Assembly: GCF_000406145.1 (NCBI RefSeq)
Contig: NZ_CM001976.1
Span: 1,435,315 to 1,467,314 of the forward strand
Origin: Dickeya dadantii NCPPB 898
GTDB lineage: Bacteria > Pseudomonadota > Gammaproteobacteria > Enterobacterales > Enterobacteriaceae
DNA length: 32,000 nt
Direction: 5' to 3'
A model generated the notes under the pieces. It saw nothing but the letters and a program-made list of their open reading frames with translations, was not told the origin of the DNA and did not search any database. Position numbers and translations under genes: made by a program. This document shows positions 7,979-17,061 of this stretch, in pieces. Positions within the stretch are counted from its first letter, which is position 1. Each line of letters opens with the position of its first letter.

Positions 7979-9136
7979 ATGGGGATTTCTCCGGCGCTGA
8001 TTGCGCAGGCCGTTGAATGGCGGCGCAAACTGCATGCCAATCCGGAACTGGGCTATCACGAACGTCAGACGTCCGAGATGGTTGCGACGTTGCTTGCCAC
8101 TTTCGGTTTTCAGGTGCATACCGGGCTGGCGGATACCGGCGTAGTGGGAACGCTGGAGAATGGACCTGGTCCTGTCATTGGGCTGCGGGCCGATATGGAT
8201 GCGCTGCCGGTTACCGAACTGAGCGATCTTACCTATAAATCCCAGCGTTCCGGCGTTATGCATGCCTGCGGTCACGACGGGCATACCGCCATGTTGCTGG
8301 CCGCCGCCTGCCATCTTAGTGAAACCCGTCGTTTTAGCGGTACGGTGCGCGTGGTGTTTCAGCCGGCGGAAGAGAATCTGGGTGGTGCGCGACGCATGGT
8401 GGAAGAGGGGTTGTTTACCCGTTTTCCAATGGATGACATCTATGCGTTGCATAACTGGCCGGGGCTGCCTGTTGGGCATGTCGGGCTAAGCAGCGGGGCG
8501 ATGATGGCCTCGCTGGACTCGTTTGAAATCGTGCTGATCGGCAAAAGTTGCCATGCCGCCATGCCGGAAAACGGCGCCGACCCGATTATGGCCGCCTCTC
8601 AACTGGTGTTATCGTTACAAACTATCCCTTCACGACGCCTGTCGCCTCAGTCGTCTGCGGTGATCAGTATCACGCAGATTGCCGGCGGCGAGGCCATCAA
8701 CGTCATTCCGGAAAAAGTGGTGCTGCGCGGCACGCTGCGTTGCCTGCAAGCCTCGGTGCGCGAGCAGGTGAAGGCGTTGATTGCGCAGTTTGTGGCGCAA
8801 ATTCCCGAAGTTTTCGGCGTCACTGGCTCCATTGCTTATTACCCCGGCTACCCGGTTACCCAAAACGACGCACAAGCGGCGCAGGTGGTGCGCGAGGTGG
8901 CGGAAACGACATTTGGCGCGAGTCAGGTACATTGGGAAATCGCGCCTTCGATGGCGTCCGAGGATTTCGCCTGCATGCTGGAGCACTGTCCCGGTGCCTA
9001 TTTCTGGTTAGGAGCCGATGGCGAGACGCCATCCCGTCCGCTGCATAATGCCTGCTACGACTTCAATGACGCATTGATTCCACATGGTGCCGCTATGTGG
9101 GTGGCGTTGGTGGAAAACCGGTTGCCGATGGGGTAA
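7979..9136 (+). CDS. M20-family amidohydrolase (hippurate hydrolase / N-acyl-L-amino-acid amidohydrolase-like)
   Basis: The sequence has the WRRKLHANPELGYHE opening, the metal-binding MHACGHDGH motif, and VVFQPAEE. All three are typical of the ama/hipO/abgB M20D group. ATG 7979 is preferred because GGAGG at 7968-7972 gives a 6-nt spacer. The track's ATG 7973 directly abuts the SD sequence. Confidence 0.9.
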   Translation: MGISPALIAQAVEWRRKLHANPELGYHERQTSEMVATLLATFGFQVHTGLADTGVVGTLENGPGPVIGLRADMDALPVTELSDLTYKSQRSGVMHACGHDGHTAMLLAAACHLSETRRFSGTVRVVFQPAEENLGGARRMVEEGLFTRFPMDDIYALHNWPGLPVGHVGLSSGAMMASLDSFEIVLIGKSCHAAMPENGADPIMAASQLVLSLQTIPSRRLSPQSSAVISITQIAGGEAINVIPEKVVLRGTLRCLQASVREQVKALIAQFVAQIPEVFGVTGSIAYYPGYPVTQNDAQAAQVVREVAETTFGASQVHWEIAPSMASEDFACMLEHCPGAYFWLGADGETPSRPLHNACYDFNDALIPHGAAMWVALVENRLPMG

Positions 9137-9691
9137 ATGTTTCCGGTCTGCGTTGGATGGCGGGAATAATTGACGTTAATGGAAACTATTTTTCCTTAAA
9201 GTATGATTTTTATTTTTTCTTGATTCAAATTGCAATTGGGAATAATAAAACAGAAACCGTTTCCTATAAATTCTGTTGCCAGAGTGGTGGCGAGCGTTTT
9301 TTCCGTTGATTCAACGAGGAACCGCCATACAATGTGGTTTTAAATTGAACGATGACCCGGCGTTTTATTTTATTTTCATGACATAAATAGTGATGAAATG
9401 TTTCGTTTACGTAATGCTCTGGTATGAAAATAATCATTTTTGCGTCATGTAAATATTCCATATAAGAAATAGATTTATTCCTGAAAGTAATTAGCTGAAT
9501 AATTATTTTAAAATATAACGAAATTAGAGGGGCCAAAAATACCCGTTTTTTGGAAAATTGCAACGCAGGTTTATGTCACTGTTTTGCTGGTAACAATATG
9601 TCTTTTTTGGTTGTTTTATTTTTATAAAATATTGATTTATATGATAATTTTTTATTTTTTGGAGCTTGCGGATATCAAAAGTATATTAGCG

Positions 9692-9721
9692 TTGACCACG
9701 TGTCAGCGTTATGTGTATGAT
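9692..9721 (+). promoter_or_regulatory. Candidate sigma-70 promoter for the T6SS operon leader
   Basis: TTGACC (9692-9697), an 18-nt spacer, then TATGAT (9716-9721). This lies about 390 nt upstream of the tssB ATG. It is a pattern match only, and AT-rich DNA produces many such matches. Confidence 0.25.
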
Positions 9722-9890
9722 TGGCGAACGAAGCAGAAATATATCTACACATTTTGAATACAGTTCTGTCGTTTTTTATTGGCTTACTGATTTCATACGG
9801 TTTAAGAATGCGTTGAGTGAATGCGCCGAGGCGGCGGGTTCTATTTCGTGCATATCGTCGGTCGAAAAACAAACATATCCAAAATAATTC

Positions 9891-10000
9891 GAGTTGCAGG
9901 AAGGCGGCAACCGAATGACCCCCGGGAACTTACATAAGTCAGTGACCGGGGTGAATGAGAGCAGCCAACACACCTGCAACTTGAAGTATGAAGGATATAG
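9891..10000 (+). repeat. ERIC / IRU (enterobacterial repetitive intergenic consensus) element
   Basis: GAGTTGCAGGAAGGCGGCAACCGAATGACCCCCGGGAACTTACATAAGTCAGTGACCGGGGTGAATGAGAGCAGCCAACACACCTGCAACTTGAAGTATGAAGGATATAG closely matches the ERIC consensus as I remember it. It includes the ERIC1R/ERIC2 primer-site core ...CTTACATAAGT.AGTGAC.GGGGTGA.... The arms form an imperfect palindrome (AGTTGCAGG... / ...CCTGCAACT). Confidence 0.8.
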
Positions 10001-10108
10001 CCTATTTGTTCGCTGAACAGCCCGGTCTGTCATGGATTCTGGCGGGTCGTTCAGTAGGATTCGACCTTATTTTTTCGGGCCAGGGTGCCCTCACGTTGGT
10101 ATTGACAT

Positions 10109-10612
10109 ATGGCAAAAGGAACTGACGGTGCATCTGTCGCACCAAAGGAACGTATTAATATCAAATATGTCCCGGCCACTGGTGGTCAGCAGGCGGAAAT
10201 TGAACTGCCGCTTACGCTGATGGTGGTGGGAAATATGAAAGGACGCACAGAAGAAACGCCGATTGAAGAACGTCAAACGGTGTCTATCGACAAGAACAAC
10301 TTCACTTCGGTGATGAAAGAGGCCAACCTGGAGCTGAATTTCAGCGTACCTAACCGTCTGGAAGAAGACAGCCAGGATGACCTTCCCGTCAAACTCAGCA
10401 TCGCTTCGCTGAATGATTTCTCCCCCGATCGCATCGCCCAGCAAGTGCCGGAACTGCGCAAACTGTTGGAACTGCGTGAAGCCCTGGTCGCGCTGAAAGG
10501 GCCGTTGGGTAATATTCCCGCTTTCCGTAATCGCCTGCAGGATCTGTTGTCCAGCGAAGAGGCCAGAGCGCAGCTGCTCAAAGAGCTGGATCTGGTGAAA
10601 CCCGCCGAATAA
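10109..10612 (+). CDS. tssB: T6SS contractile sheath small subunit TssB (VipA/ImpB)
   Basis: 167 aa. The N-terminus has APKERINIKYVPATGGQQAEIELPLTLMVVG, the hallmark of TssB/VipA. Confidence 0.95.
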   Translation: MAKGTDGASVAPKERINIKYVPATGGQQAEIELPLTLMVVGNMKGRTEETPIEERQTVSIDKNNFTSVMKEANLELNFSVPNRLEEDSQDDLPVKLSIASLNDFSPDRIAQQVPELRKLLELREALVALKGPLGNIPAFRNRLQDLLSSEEARAQLLKELDLVKPAE

Positions 10613-10643
10613 TTGATTGTTACTGACGAGAAGGGAAACAAAC

Positions 10644-12122
10644 ATGTCAATGGTTGAAGAACAGGCCCAGACAGGCGCGGCCGGTGGTTCATCGTCGCTG
10701 CTTGAAGAAATCATGGCGCAGGCGCGCATCACCCCGGTGGATGAAGGTTATAACGTCGCCAAGCAGGGGATCGCCGCGCTGGTGGCCAACATTCTGGACA
10801 GCGGTAACGCGGCCGAGCCGGTGAACAAGGCGCTGGTCGACAGCATGATCGTTGAGCTGGACAAGAAACTCAGCAAGCAGATCGACGTGATTCTGCATGC
10901 GCAGGAACTTCAGGAGCTGGAATCCTCCTGGCGTTCGCTGAAACTGCTGATCGATCGCACCGATTTCCGCGAAAACATCAAAATCCTGCTGCTGCACGCT
11001 ACCAAAAACGAGCTGCTGGAGGACTTTGAGTTCGCACCGGAAATCACCCAGTCCGGTTTCTACAAACACGTTTATTCCAGCGGCTACGGCCAGTTCGGCG
11101 GCCAGCCGATCGGCGGGGTGATCGGCGATTACGCGCTGACCCAGAGTTCGCCGGATATCAAGCTGATGCAGTATGTCAGCGCGGTAGGCGCCATGGCGCA
11201 CGCGCCGTTCGTCTCCTCCGTCGCACCGACCTTCTTCGGCGTGGACAGCTTTACCGATCTGCCGTCCATCAAAGACCTGAAATCGGTGTTTGAAGGCCCG
11301 GCCTACACTAAATGGCGTTCGATGCGCGAGTCGGAAGATGCCCGTTATCTGGGCCTGACGGCACCGCGTTTCCTGGCTCGTCTGCCTTATGACCCGGTAG
11401 AAAACCCGATCAAAGGGTTTAATTACAAGGAAGACATCAGCGCTAACCACGAACACTATCTGTGGGGCAACACCGCTTATCTGATGGGTACCGCCATCAC
11501 CGACAGCTTCGCCAAGTACCGCTGGTGCCCGAACATTATCGGCCCGCAGAGCGGCGGCGCCATCACCGATTTGCCGGTGCATGTCTATGAAGCGATGGGC
11601 CAGTTGCAGGCCAAGATTCCGACCGAGGTGTTGATCACCGACCGCCGCGAATACGAAATGGCCGAAGAGGGTTTCATCACCCTGACCATGCGCAAAGACA
11701 GCGACAACGCCGCGTTCTTCTCCGCCAACTCGGTGCAGAAACCCAAGGTATTCGCCAACACCAAAGAAGGTAAAGAGGCGGAAACCAACTACAAACTGGG
11801 TACGCAGCTGCCGTACATGTTCATCATCAACCGTCTGGCGCACTACATCAAAGTATTGCAGCGCGAGCAGATCGGTTCCTGGAAAGAGCGTCAGGATCTG
11901 GAGCGCGAGCTGAATAACTGGATCAAGCAGTACGTCGCCGATCAGGAAAACCCGCCGGCAGACGTACGTAGCCGTCGCCCGCTGCGCGCCGCCCAGATCA
12001 AGGTGCTGGACGTAGAAGGCGAACCGGGCTGGTATCAGGTGACCATGGCCGTGCGCCCGCACTTCAAGTACATGGGGGCGAACTTTGAACTGTCCCTGGT
12101 TGGGCGTCTGGATAAGGAATAA
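10644..12122 (+). CDS. tssC: T6SS contractile sheath large subunit TssC (VipB/ImpC)
   Basis: 492 aa from ATG 10644, with a GAGAAGGGA RBS region upstream. The track's TTG 10617 start is less likely. Conserved stretches include SWRSLKLLIDRTDF, VSAVGAMAHAPFVSS and RFLARLPY. Confidence 0.95.
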   Translation: MSMVEEQAQTGAAGGSSSLLEEIMAQARITPVDEGYNVAKQGIAALVANILDSGNAAEPVNKALVDSMIVELDKKLSKQIDVILHAQELQELESSWRSLKLLIDRTDFRENIKILLLHATKNELLEDFEFAPEITQSGFYKHVYSSGYGQFGGQPIGGVIGDYALTQSSPDIKLMQYVSAVGAMAHAPFVSSVAPTFFGVDSFTDLPSIKDLKSVFEGPAYTKWRSMRESEDARYLGLTAPRFLARLPYDPVENPIKGFNYKEDISANHEHYLWGNTAYLMGTAITDSFAKYRWCPNIIGPQSGGAITDLPVHVYEAMGQLQAKIPTEVLITDRREYEMAEEGFITLTMRKDSDNAAFFSANSVQKPKVFANTKEGKEAETNYKLGTQLPYMFIINRLAHYIKVLQREQIGSWKERQDLERELNNWIKQYVADQENPPADVRSRRPLRAAQIKVLDVEGEPGWYQVTMAVRPHFKYMGANFELSLVGRLDKE

Positions 12123-12128
12123 CGACTG

Positions 12129-12560
12129 ATGCCGTCGCTCTCTGCCTGGGAGCGGGGATCCGCGGCCAGCCTGTTTGATCGTATCCGGGGAGAGGAGCGC
12201 CGTTCCTCTCCCGAAACGGAGTTGGAAGACTTGATCGAGTCGGTGAAACGCCAGCTCGATCAGGTGCTGAATACGCGCCCCGGCAGTTGTCGCAGCGCAC
12301 CCGAGCTTGGCGTGATTGATTTCAATGACGCCACGCAGGGCGGCGCGGACATTCGGGGCAAGATCCGTGAAGCGATCCGACAGTGTATCTGCCGCTTTGA
12401 ACCGCGAATTGTCCATGTGGACGTCAGTGCATCGGACTATCTGTCCAATCCGCTGGAGATGTCGTTTCAGGTCACCGCACATGTGCGGCTGGAAGATCTG
12501 GAGCAGGTCACCTCCTTCAATATTCATATGGACAGCCACCGCCATTACAGAATGATGTGA
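12129..12560 (+). CDS. tssE: T6SS baseplate subunit TssE (gp25-like)
   Basis: 143 aa. It contains SLFDRI...LEDLIESVKRQLDQVLNTR...ELGVIDF...IREAIRQCICRFEPRI, a typical GPW/gp25 family pattern. It sits between tssC and tssF. Confidence 0.9.
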   Translation: MPSLSAWERGSAASLFDRIRGEERRSSPETELEDLIESVKRQLDQVLNTRPGSCRSAPELGVIDFNDATQGGADIRGKIREAIRQCICRFEPRIVHVDVSASDYLSNPLEMSFQVTAHVRLEDLEQVTSFNIHMDSHRHYRMM

Positions 12561-12562
12561 TT

Positions 12563-14329
12563 ATGTCGCTGGAACATTTCTTCAGGGATGAGCTCGCCTA
12601 TTTGCGCCTGCAGGGGCGCGAATTCGCCAAGGCACACCCTGAACTTACCCGATTTTTGTCAGAACAGACCACGGATCCGGATGTCGAGCGGTTGCTGGAG
12701 GGTTTTGCCTTTCTGACCGGCAGCCTGCGGGCGAAGATCGAGGATGAGTTTCCGGAGCTGACGCACGGCCTGCTGGGCATGCTGTGGCCGAACTATTTGC
12801 GCCCGGTGCCCAGCATGACCATCATGCAGTTTTCGGTACTGCCCGGCGCCATCGCGCAACCGGCATTCGTGTCGCGCGGCTGCGAGCTGGACAGCCTGCC
12901 GATCGACGATGTGGTGTGCCATTTTCAGACCTGCCACGATGCCTGGATCTACCCGGCGGATATCCGCCAGATCAACGCGCAAAGCGGCAACGACATGTCC
13001 GCCATCACGCTGGATATCGGCCTGCACGGGCCATTGTCGCTGGGGGATCTGCAGCTCGATAAACTGCGTTTCTTCCTGGGCGGCGACCGCTATACCGCCT
13101 ATGAACTCTATTTCTGGATCGCCAGTCAGTTATCGCACATTGAGCTGGAAATTGACGGTAAACGCTTTCGTCAGGAAGCGAATGTGCTGAAAACCGTCGG
13201 CTTCGAGCGCGAAGACGCGATGCTGCCGTATCCCGGCAACGTCTACTCCGGCTACCGCATCCTGCAGGAGTACTTCTGTTTTCCGGAAAGTTTTCTGTTC
13301 TTCCAGCTGTCCGGCGCCAGTTGGCCTAACCAGCCGCTGATGGTGACGGATTTCAAACTGCACTTCTGCTTTGACCGGCCGTTGCCGGCGGAACTGAAAA
13401 TCCGCCCGGATTCGTTCATGCTCAACTGCGTGCCGGCCATCAACCTGTTCCGTCATGACAGCGAACCTATCAACCTGGACGGCCGCCAGACCGATTACCC
13501 GCTCAAAGCCAGCTATCGCCACGCCGACAGTTTCGAAATTTTCTCCATCGACAAGGTGGAAGGCTGGGTGGAAGGCAACAGCGGACGCTCGCGCGGCATT
13601 CCGCGGCTCTATCAGCCTTTCGAAAGTTTCCAGCATCAAATCGAGCGGGCCAAAGGGCGTCTGGCGCTGTATTACCGCATCCGGGTGCGTGAAGCGGTCA
13701 GCGGCGACGGTTTCGATCACCTGCTGTCGTTTGTGCGCGGCGACGAGAAAGAGGTGATCGATCTTGATGAATCCATTTCGGTCAGCCTGACCTGTACCAA
13801 CCGTTCGCGTGCGGCGCAGTTGCCGGTGGGCGCCATCTGCGTGCCGACCGGCAGTTCGCCGTCCTTCGCCACTTTCCGCAACCTGATTCGACCGAGCCGT
13901 CCGCTGCGGCCGGCGCTCGACGGCAGCCTGCACTGGACGCTGATCTCCAACCTGTCGCTGAACTATGTGTCGCTGCTGCGCCGCGATGCGCTGGTGCAGA
14001 TTCTGCGTACCTACGACTTCCCGGCGTTGCATGACAAGCAGGCGGAGCAGGCGTCGCGCAAGCGGCTGGCGGGGATCGAGACGATTGAAACCACGCCGGT
14101 GGACCGGTTGGTGCAGGGGATGCCGGTGCGCGGGCTCAAGTCGGTCTTGTCGGTGCGGCAGTCGGCGTTCTCCAGTGAAGGCGAACTCTATCTGTTCAGC
14201 ACCGTGCTGGCGCATTTCTTTTCGTTGTACGCCAGCGTCAACGCCTTCCATCTGCTGGAAGTGGTCAACATCGATAACAAGGAGCGCTACCGATGGCCGG
14301 TGCAGATAGGTCAGCACTCGATGATGTAA
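12563..14329 (+). CDS. tssF: T6SS baseplate subunit TssF (ImpG/VasA)
   Basis: 588 aa from ATG 12563. GTG 12557, which overlaps the tssE stop, is an alternative start. The N-terminus MSLEHFFRDELAYLRLQGREFAKAHPEL is the canonical TssF opening. Confidence 0.93.
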   Translation: MSLEHFFRDELAYLRLQGREFAKAHPELTRFLSEQTTDPDVERLLEGFAFLTGSLRAKIEDEFPELTHGLLGMLWPNYLRPVPSMTIMQFSVLPGAIAQPAFVSRGCELDSLPIDDVVCHFQTCHDAWIYPADIRQINAQSGNDMSAITLDIGLHGPLSLGDLQLDKLRFFLGGDRYTAYELYFWIASQLSHIELEIDGKRFRQEANVLKTVGFEREDAMLPYPGNVYSGYRILQEYFCFPESFLFFQLSGASWPNQPLMVTDFKLHFCFDRPLPAELKIRPDSFMLNCVPAINLFRHDSEPINLDGRQTDYPLKASYRHADSFEIFSIDKVEGWVEGNSGRSRGIPRLYQPFESFQHQIERAKGRLALYYRIRVREAVSGDGFDHLLSFVRGDEKEVIDLDESISVSLTCTNRSRAAQLPVGAICVPTGSSPSFATFRNLIRPSRPLRPALDGSLHWTLISNLSLNYVSLLRRDALVQILRTYDFPALHDKQAEQASRKRLAGIETIETTPVDRLVQGMPVRGLKSVLSVRQSAFSSEGELYLFSTVLAHFFSLYASVNAFHLLEVVNIDNKERYRWPVQIGQHSMM

Positions 14330-15306
14330 TGCCCGATCAGGCGATGTTTCGCCAGGACGCGCGCCACTTCAACTTTTTCCAACTGGTGGAGTTGCTCAAC
14401 CAGATGGAAGGCGTCGACCTGGAGCAGGCGCTCGATTTCCGGCCGGAGCTGGAGCGCATTCGCTTTCGCTCTACCGCGTCGATTGGCTTTCACCCCAGCG
14501 ATGTGCTGCGGGTGGGCGAAGATCGTGACGGCCGGCAGGAGCTGGAAGTGGCGTTTCTCGGGCTGCACGGCAGCCAGTCGCCGATGCCGGGGTATTACCT
14601 CGAAGAACTGGCGTGGGAGTACGCGCAGGGCGAGCAAAAACTGGGCGTGTTTCTCGATTTTTTCCACCATCGGCTGTTGACGCTGCTGCACCGCGCCTGG
14701 CGCAAATACCGCTACCACGTCCGTTTCCAGAATGACGGCGAAGACGGTTTTTCCCGGTTGATGTTCGCGCTGGTGGGGCTCGGCAACGACGCGGTGCGCG
14801 ACAGCCTGCCGGTCAACCGGGCCAAGATGCTGTCTTACGCCGGCCTGCTGGCCAGCCCCAGCCGTTCGCCGGAAGTGGTGGCCGGTCTGGTTATTCACTG
14901 CTTTGACCTTGAAGACGTAGAGGTCATCGCCTGGCAGCACCGCAAAGTACCGATTTTCGAAGACCAGCAAAACCGGCTGGGGCGCGCCAACAGCGTGCTG
15001 GGCGGGGATTTTGTCATCGGCGACAAGGTGAATGACTGCGCCGGCAAATTCCTGCTCAAAGTGGATAACCTCAGCTTCGGCCGTTTTCTCAGTTTCCTGC
15101 CCAACGGCGAGCATTTTCAGCCGCTGGTGCGTTTTGTTTCCTTCATTCTGCGTGATCAACTGGCCTGGGACCTGCGCCTCGGTTTCGCCGAAGGAGAGGC
15201 CAGAGGGCTGCGGCTGGGCGATGACCAGAGCAGCCGTCTGGGATGGAGCAGCTTTCTCGGGCAGCCACCCGCCGACCCGTATGTGACGATTTGTGTGCAG
15301 GAGTAA
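14329..15306 (+). CDS. tssG: T6SS baseplate subunit TssG (ImpH/VasB)
   Basis: ATG 14329 overlaps the tssF TAA (TAATG). An upstream ATG at 14293 is possible. The sequence has FNFFQLVELL near the N-terminus, and the size and position are typical of TssG. Confidence 0.9.
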   Translation: MPDQAMFRQDARHFNFFQLVELLNQMEGVDLEQALDFRPELERIRFRSTASIGFHPSDVLRVGEDRDGRQELEVAFLGLHGSQSPMPGYYLEELAWEYAQGEQKLGVFLDFFHHRLLTLLHRAWRKYRYHVRFQNDGEDGFSRLMFALVGLGNDAVRDSLPVNRAKMLSYAGLLASPSRSPEVVAGLVIHCFDLEDVEVIAWQHRKVPIFEDQQNRLGRANSVLGGDFVIGDKVNDCAGKFLLKVDNLSFGRFLSFLPNGEHFQPLVRFVSFILRDQLAWDLRLGFAEGEARGLRLGDDQSSRLGWSSFLGQPPADPYVTICVQE

Positions 15307-15308
15307 TT

Positions 15309-16523
15309 GTGAACGAAAACAACCCACTCACGCTGGTGGTGCTCAACAGCGAACAGCTGGATATCAATTCGCAGGTGCAGCACCGGTTTGATCACCGCGG
15401 CGGCACGCTGGGCGCGTCGGAAAAGGATCAATGGCAACTGCGCGACCGGCTGGGAGCGGTATTGCCGGAACATGCGCGCATCGAATTACAGGACGGCCAT
15501 TTCTGCGTGTGCGACCTGAGCGGCCAGACCTTCATCAACGGCGCGCTGTCGCCCATCGGCCGTGACCGCCGGGTGAGTCTGGAGCACGGTGACGAACTGG
15601 TGATCGGTCCGTTCCGGCTGGGGGTCTACCTTGAGGATCCGGCGCGCGAGCAGGACATCGATCAGGTGCTGGGGCAGCGCCCCGGCGACGTGCTGGAAGG
15701 GTGGCTTGACGAAGAACGACACAGCCCGACCGTCGAAGAGACGACGGCGAGCCGATTTAATGACCCGTTGTGGGCGTTGCAGCAGGAACAGAGCCGCTCG
15801 CCGCTGGCAACGGAGGGTGAGCGCGGCGACGAACTGCCGGCCTCGCTTTCTTCTTTTTCTGCCGTTGAGGACACCATGGATCAGAAATTTGTGGAATTAC
15901 CGACCATTGATAGCCCGCACGCCGGGGCGGGTCTGGGCGGGCAGGTTGACGCAGTGACGCTGGCGCCGCTGCTGCGCGGGCTGGGCGTATCGCTGAATAC
16001 CGGTGATGAGCAGCAACTGCGCGACATGCTCGAAGAGATGGGCCGAAGCCTGAAGGCGATGGTGGAAGGTCTGCTGACGCTGCAGGCCGATCAGGCGGCA
16101 TTGGCGGACACCCATCTGCGGCCGATCGAAGATAACCCGCTGCGGCTGGGGCTGGATTACACCGATACCCTGTCGCTGCTGTTCGCCGACGATAAAAGCC
16201 CGGTGCATCTGTCCGCGCCCGCGGCGGTCAGCGAAGTGCTCAGCAATATGCAGGCGCATCATCGGGCCAACCAGCAGGCGATCGCCGTGGCGCTGGAAAG
16301 CATTTTGCAGGCGTTTTCACCGGCGGCGCTGTTGGGCCGTTTCGAACATTATCGCCGCAGCGGCGAACGTCAGGCGCTGGACGACGGCTGGGCGTGGCAG
16401 ATGTACCAGCACTATTACCGTGAACTGACCTCGCCGCGTCAGCAAGGGTTCCAGAAACTGTTCCATCAGGTGTATGCGCAGGCGTATGACCGCGCGGTTC
16501 GCCAGCAGCAGGAGCAGAAATAA
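15309..16523 (+). CDS. tagH: T6SS-associated FHA-domain protein TagH (Fha/VasC)
   Basis: GTG 15309 is preceded by AGGAG at 15299-15303. The N-terminal FHA pattern is LTLVVLNSEQL...RFDHRGGTLGASEKDQWQL...HARIELQDGHFCVCDLSGQTFINGA...LEHGDELVIGPFRL. The C-terminal part resembles the ImpI/VasC region. Confidence 0.9.
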   Translation: MNENNPLTLVVLNSEQLDINSQVQHRFDHRGGTLGASEKDQWQLRDRLGAVLPEHARIELQDGHFCVCDLSGQTFINGALSPIGRDRRVSLEHGDELVIGPFRLGVYLEDPAREQDIDQVLGQRPGDVLEGWLDEERHSPTVEETTASRFNDPLWALQQEQSRSPLATEGERGDELPASLSSFSAVEDTMDQKFVELPTIDSPHAGAGLGGQVDAVTLAPLLRGLGVSLNTGDEQQLRDMLEEMGRSLKAMVEGLLTLQADQAALADTHLRPIEDNPLRLGLDYTDTLSLLFADDKSPVHLSAPAAVSEVLSNMQAHHRANQQAIAVALESILQAFSPAALLGRFEHYRRSGERQALDDGWAWQMYQHYYRELTSPRQQGFQKLFHQVYAQAYDRAVRQQQEQK

Positions 16524-17059
16524 TGCTGCGAGTCTTAATGCTGCGAATCGGGTGGTTATGTGCCTTGATGCTGCTGCTTCCCGGCTGTTCCACGATCGGC
16601 AAGATGGCGAAGGTGGCGGCCAATCCGGATATTCAGATAGGCAGCAACGATAACCAGCCGTCCACCGTCGGTTTCAGTCTGGTGGCGGAGCCGGACGTCA
16701 ACCCCAGCGAGAGCGGCGAAGCCGCGCCAGTCGAGTTTCAACTGGTAATGCTGGCGGAAGACTCCCGCCTGCTTGCTACCGATTACGACCAGGTGACCAC
16801 CGATATCGAAAAAGCGCTGGCCAAGAATTACCTCAGCCATCAGGACTACACGCTGCTGCCGGGGCAGTTCAAATACCTGCCGCCGGTCAAGCTGGATGAA
16901 AAAGTGCATTACATCGGGGTGATCGCCAAGTACGCCGACCCGGACAGCGCCGAGTGGCGCAAGGTGATCAAGCTGAAAAACACCGGCCGCACTTATCAGC
17001 TTCTGGTGCATCTGCGCCGTGAAGAAGTCGAAATCAAGAAAGATCAAGAAGAAGAATAA
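16523..17059 (+). CDS. tssJ: T6SS outer-membrane lipoprotein TssJ (VasD/SciN)
   Basis: ATG 16523 overlaps the tagH TAA (TAATG). The signal peptide has a lipobox (LLLPGC). The body follows the TssJ pattern (PVEFQLVML...LLPGQ...HYIGVIAKYADPD...WRKVI). Confidence 0.92.
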   Translation: MLRVLMLRIGWLCALMLLLPGCSTIGKMAKVAANPDIQIGSNDNQPSTVGFSLVAEPDVNPSESGEAAPVEFQLVMLAEDSRLLATDYDQVTTDIEKALAKNYLSHQDYTLLPGQFKYLPPVKLDEKVHYIGVIAKYADPDSAEWRKVIKLKNTGRTYQLLVHLRREEVEIKKDQEEE

Positions 17060-17061
17060 CT

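Noticed and set aside
9264-9563. A 99-aa minus-strand ORF in the AT-rich leader (TTG start; first ATG gives a 65-aa MEYLHDAKMIIFIPEHYVNETFHH...)
   Set aside because: An ORF of this length is somewhat unexpected in such AT-rich DNA, so I looked twice. It has only a TTG start or an ATG with no SD within range. I recognise no motif, transmembrane segment or signal peptide in it. Its C-terminus runs through a likely transcript end of the amidohydrolase gene. It remains unsupported; ribosome profiling could revive it.
9137-9890. CRISPR array, IS element or prophage remnant in the AT-rich region
   Set aside because: There are no regularly spaced direct repeats, no terminal inverted repeats flanking an ORF, and no integrase or transposase-like translation in any frame. 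Only homopolymeric A/T runs and short palindromes are present.
9722-10101. Possible sigma-54 (-24/-12) promoters upstream of tssB: TGGCGAACGAAGCAG (9722-9736), TGGCGGGTCGTTCAG (10040-10054), GGTGCCCTCACGTTGG (10084-10099)
   Set aside because: None has the required GG-N10-GC spacing with a TTGC -12 element. These are partial look-alikes only.
10689-12545. A 618-aa ORF on the minus strand, spanning tssC and tssE
   Set aside because: This is an antisense shadow ORF of GC-rich genes. Its translation is low-complexity and R/Q/H/L/G-rich with no recognisable motifs. The plus strand encodes textbook TssC and TssE. It has no RBS or start context.
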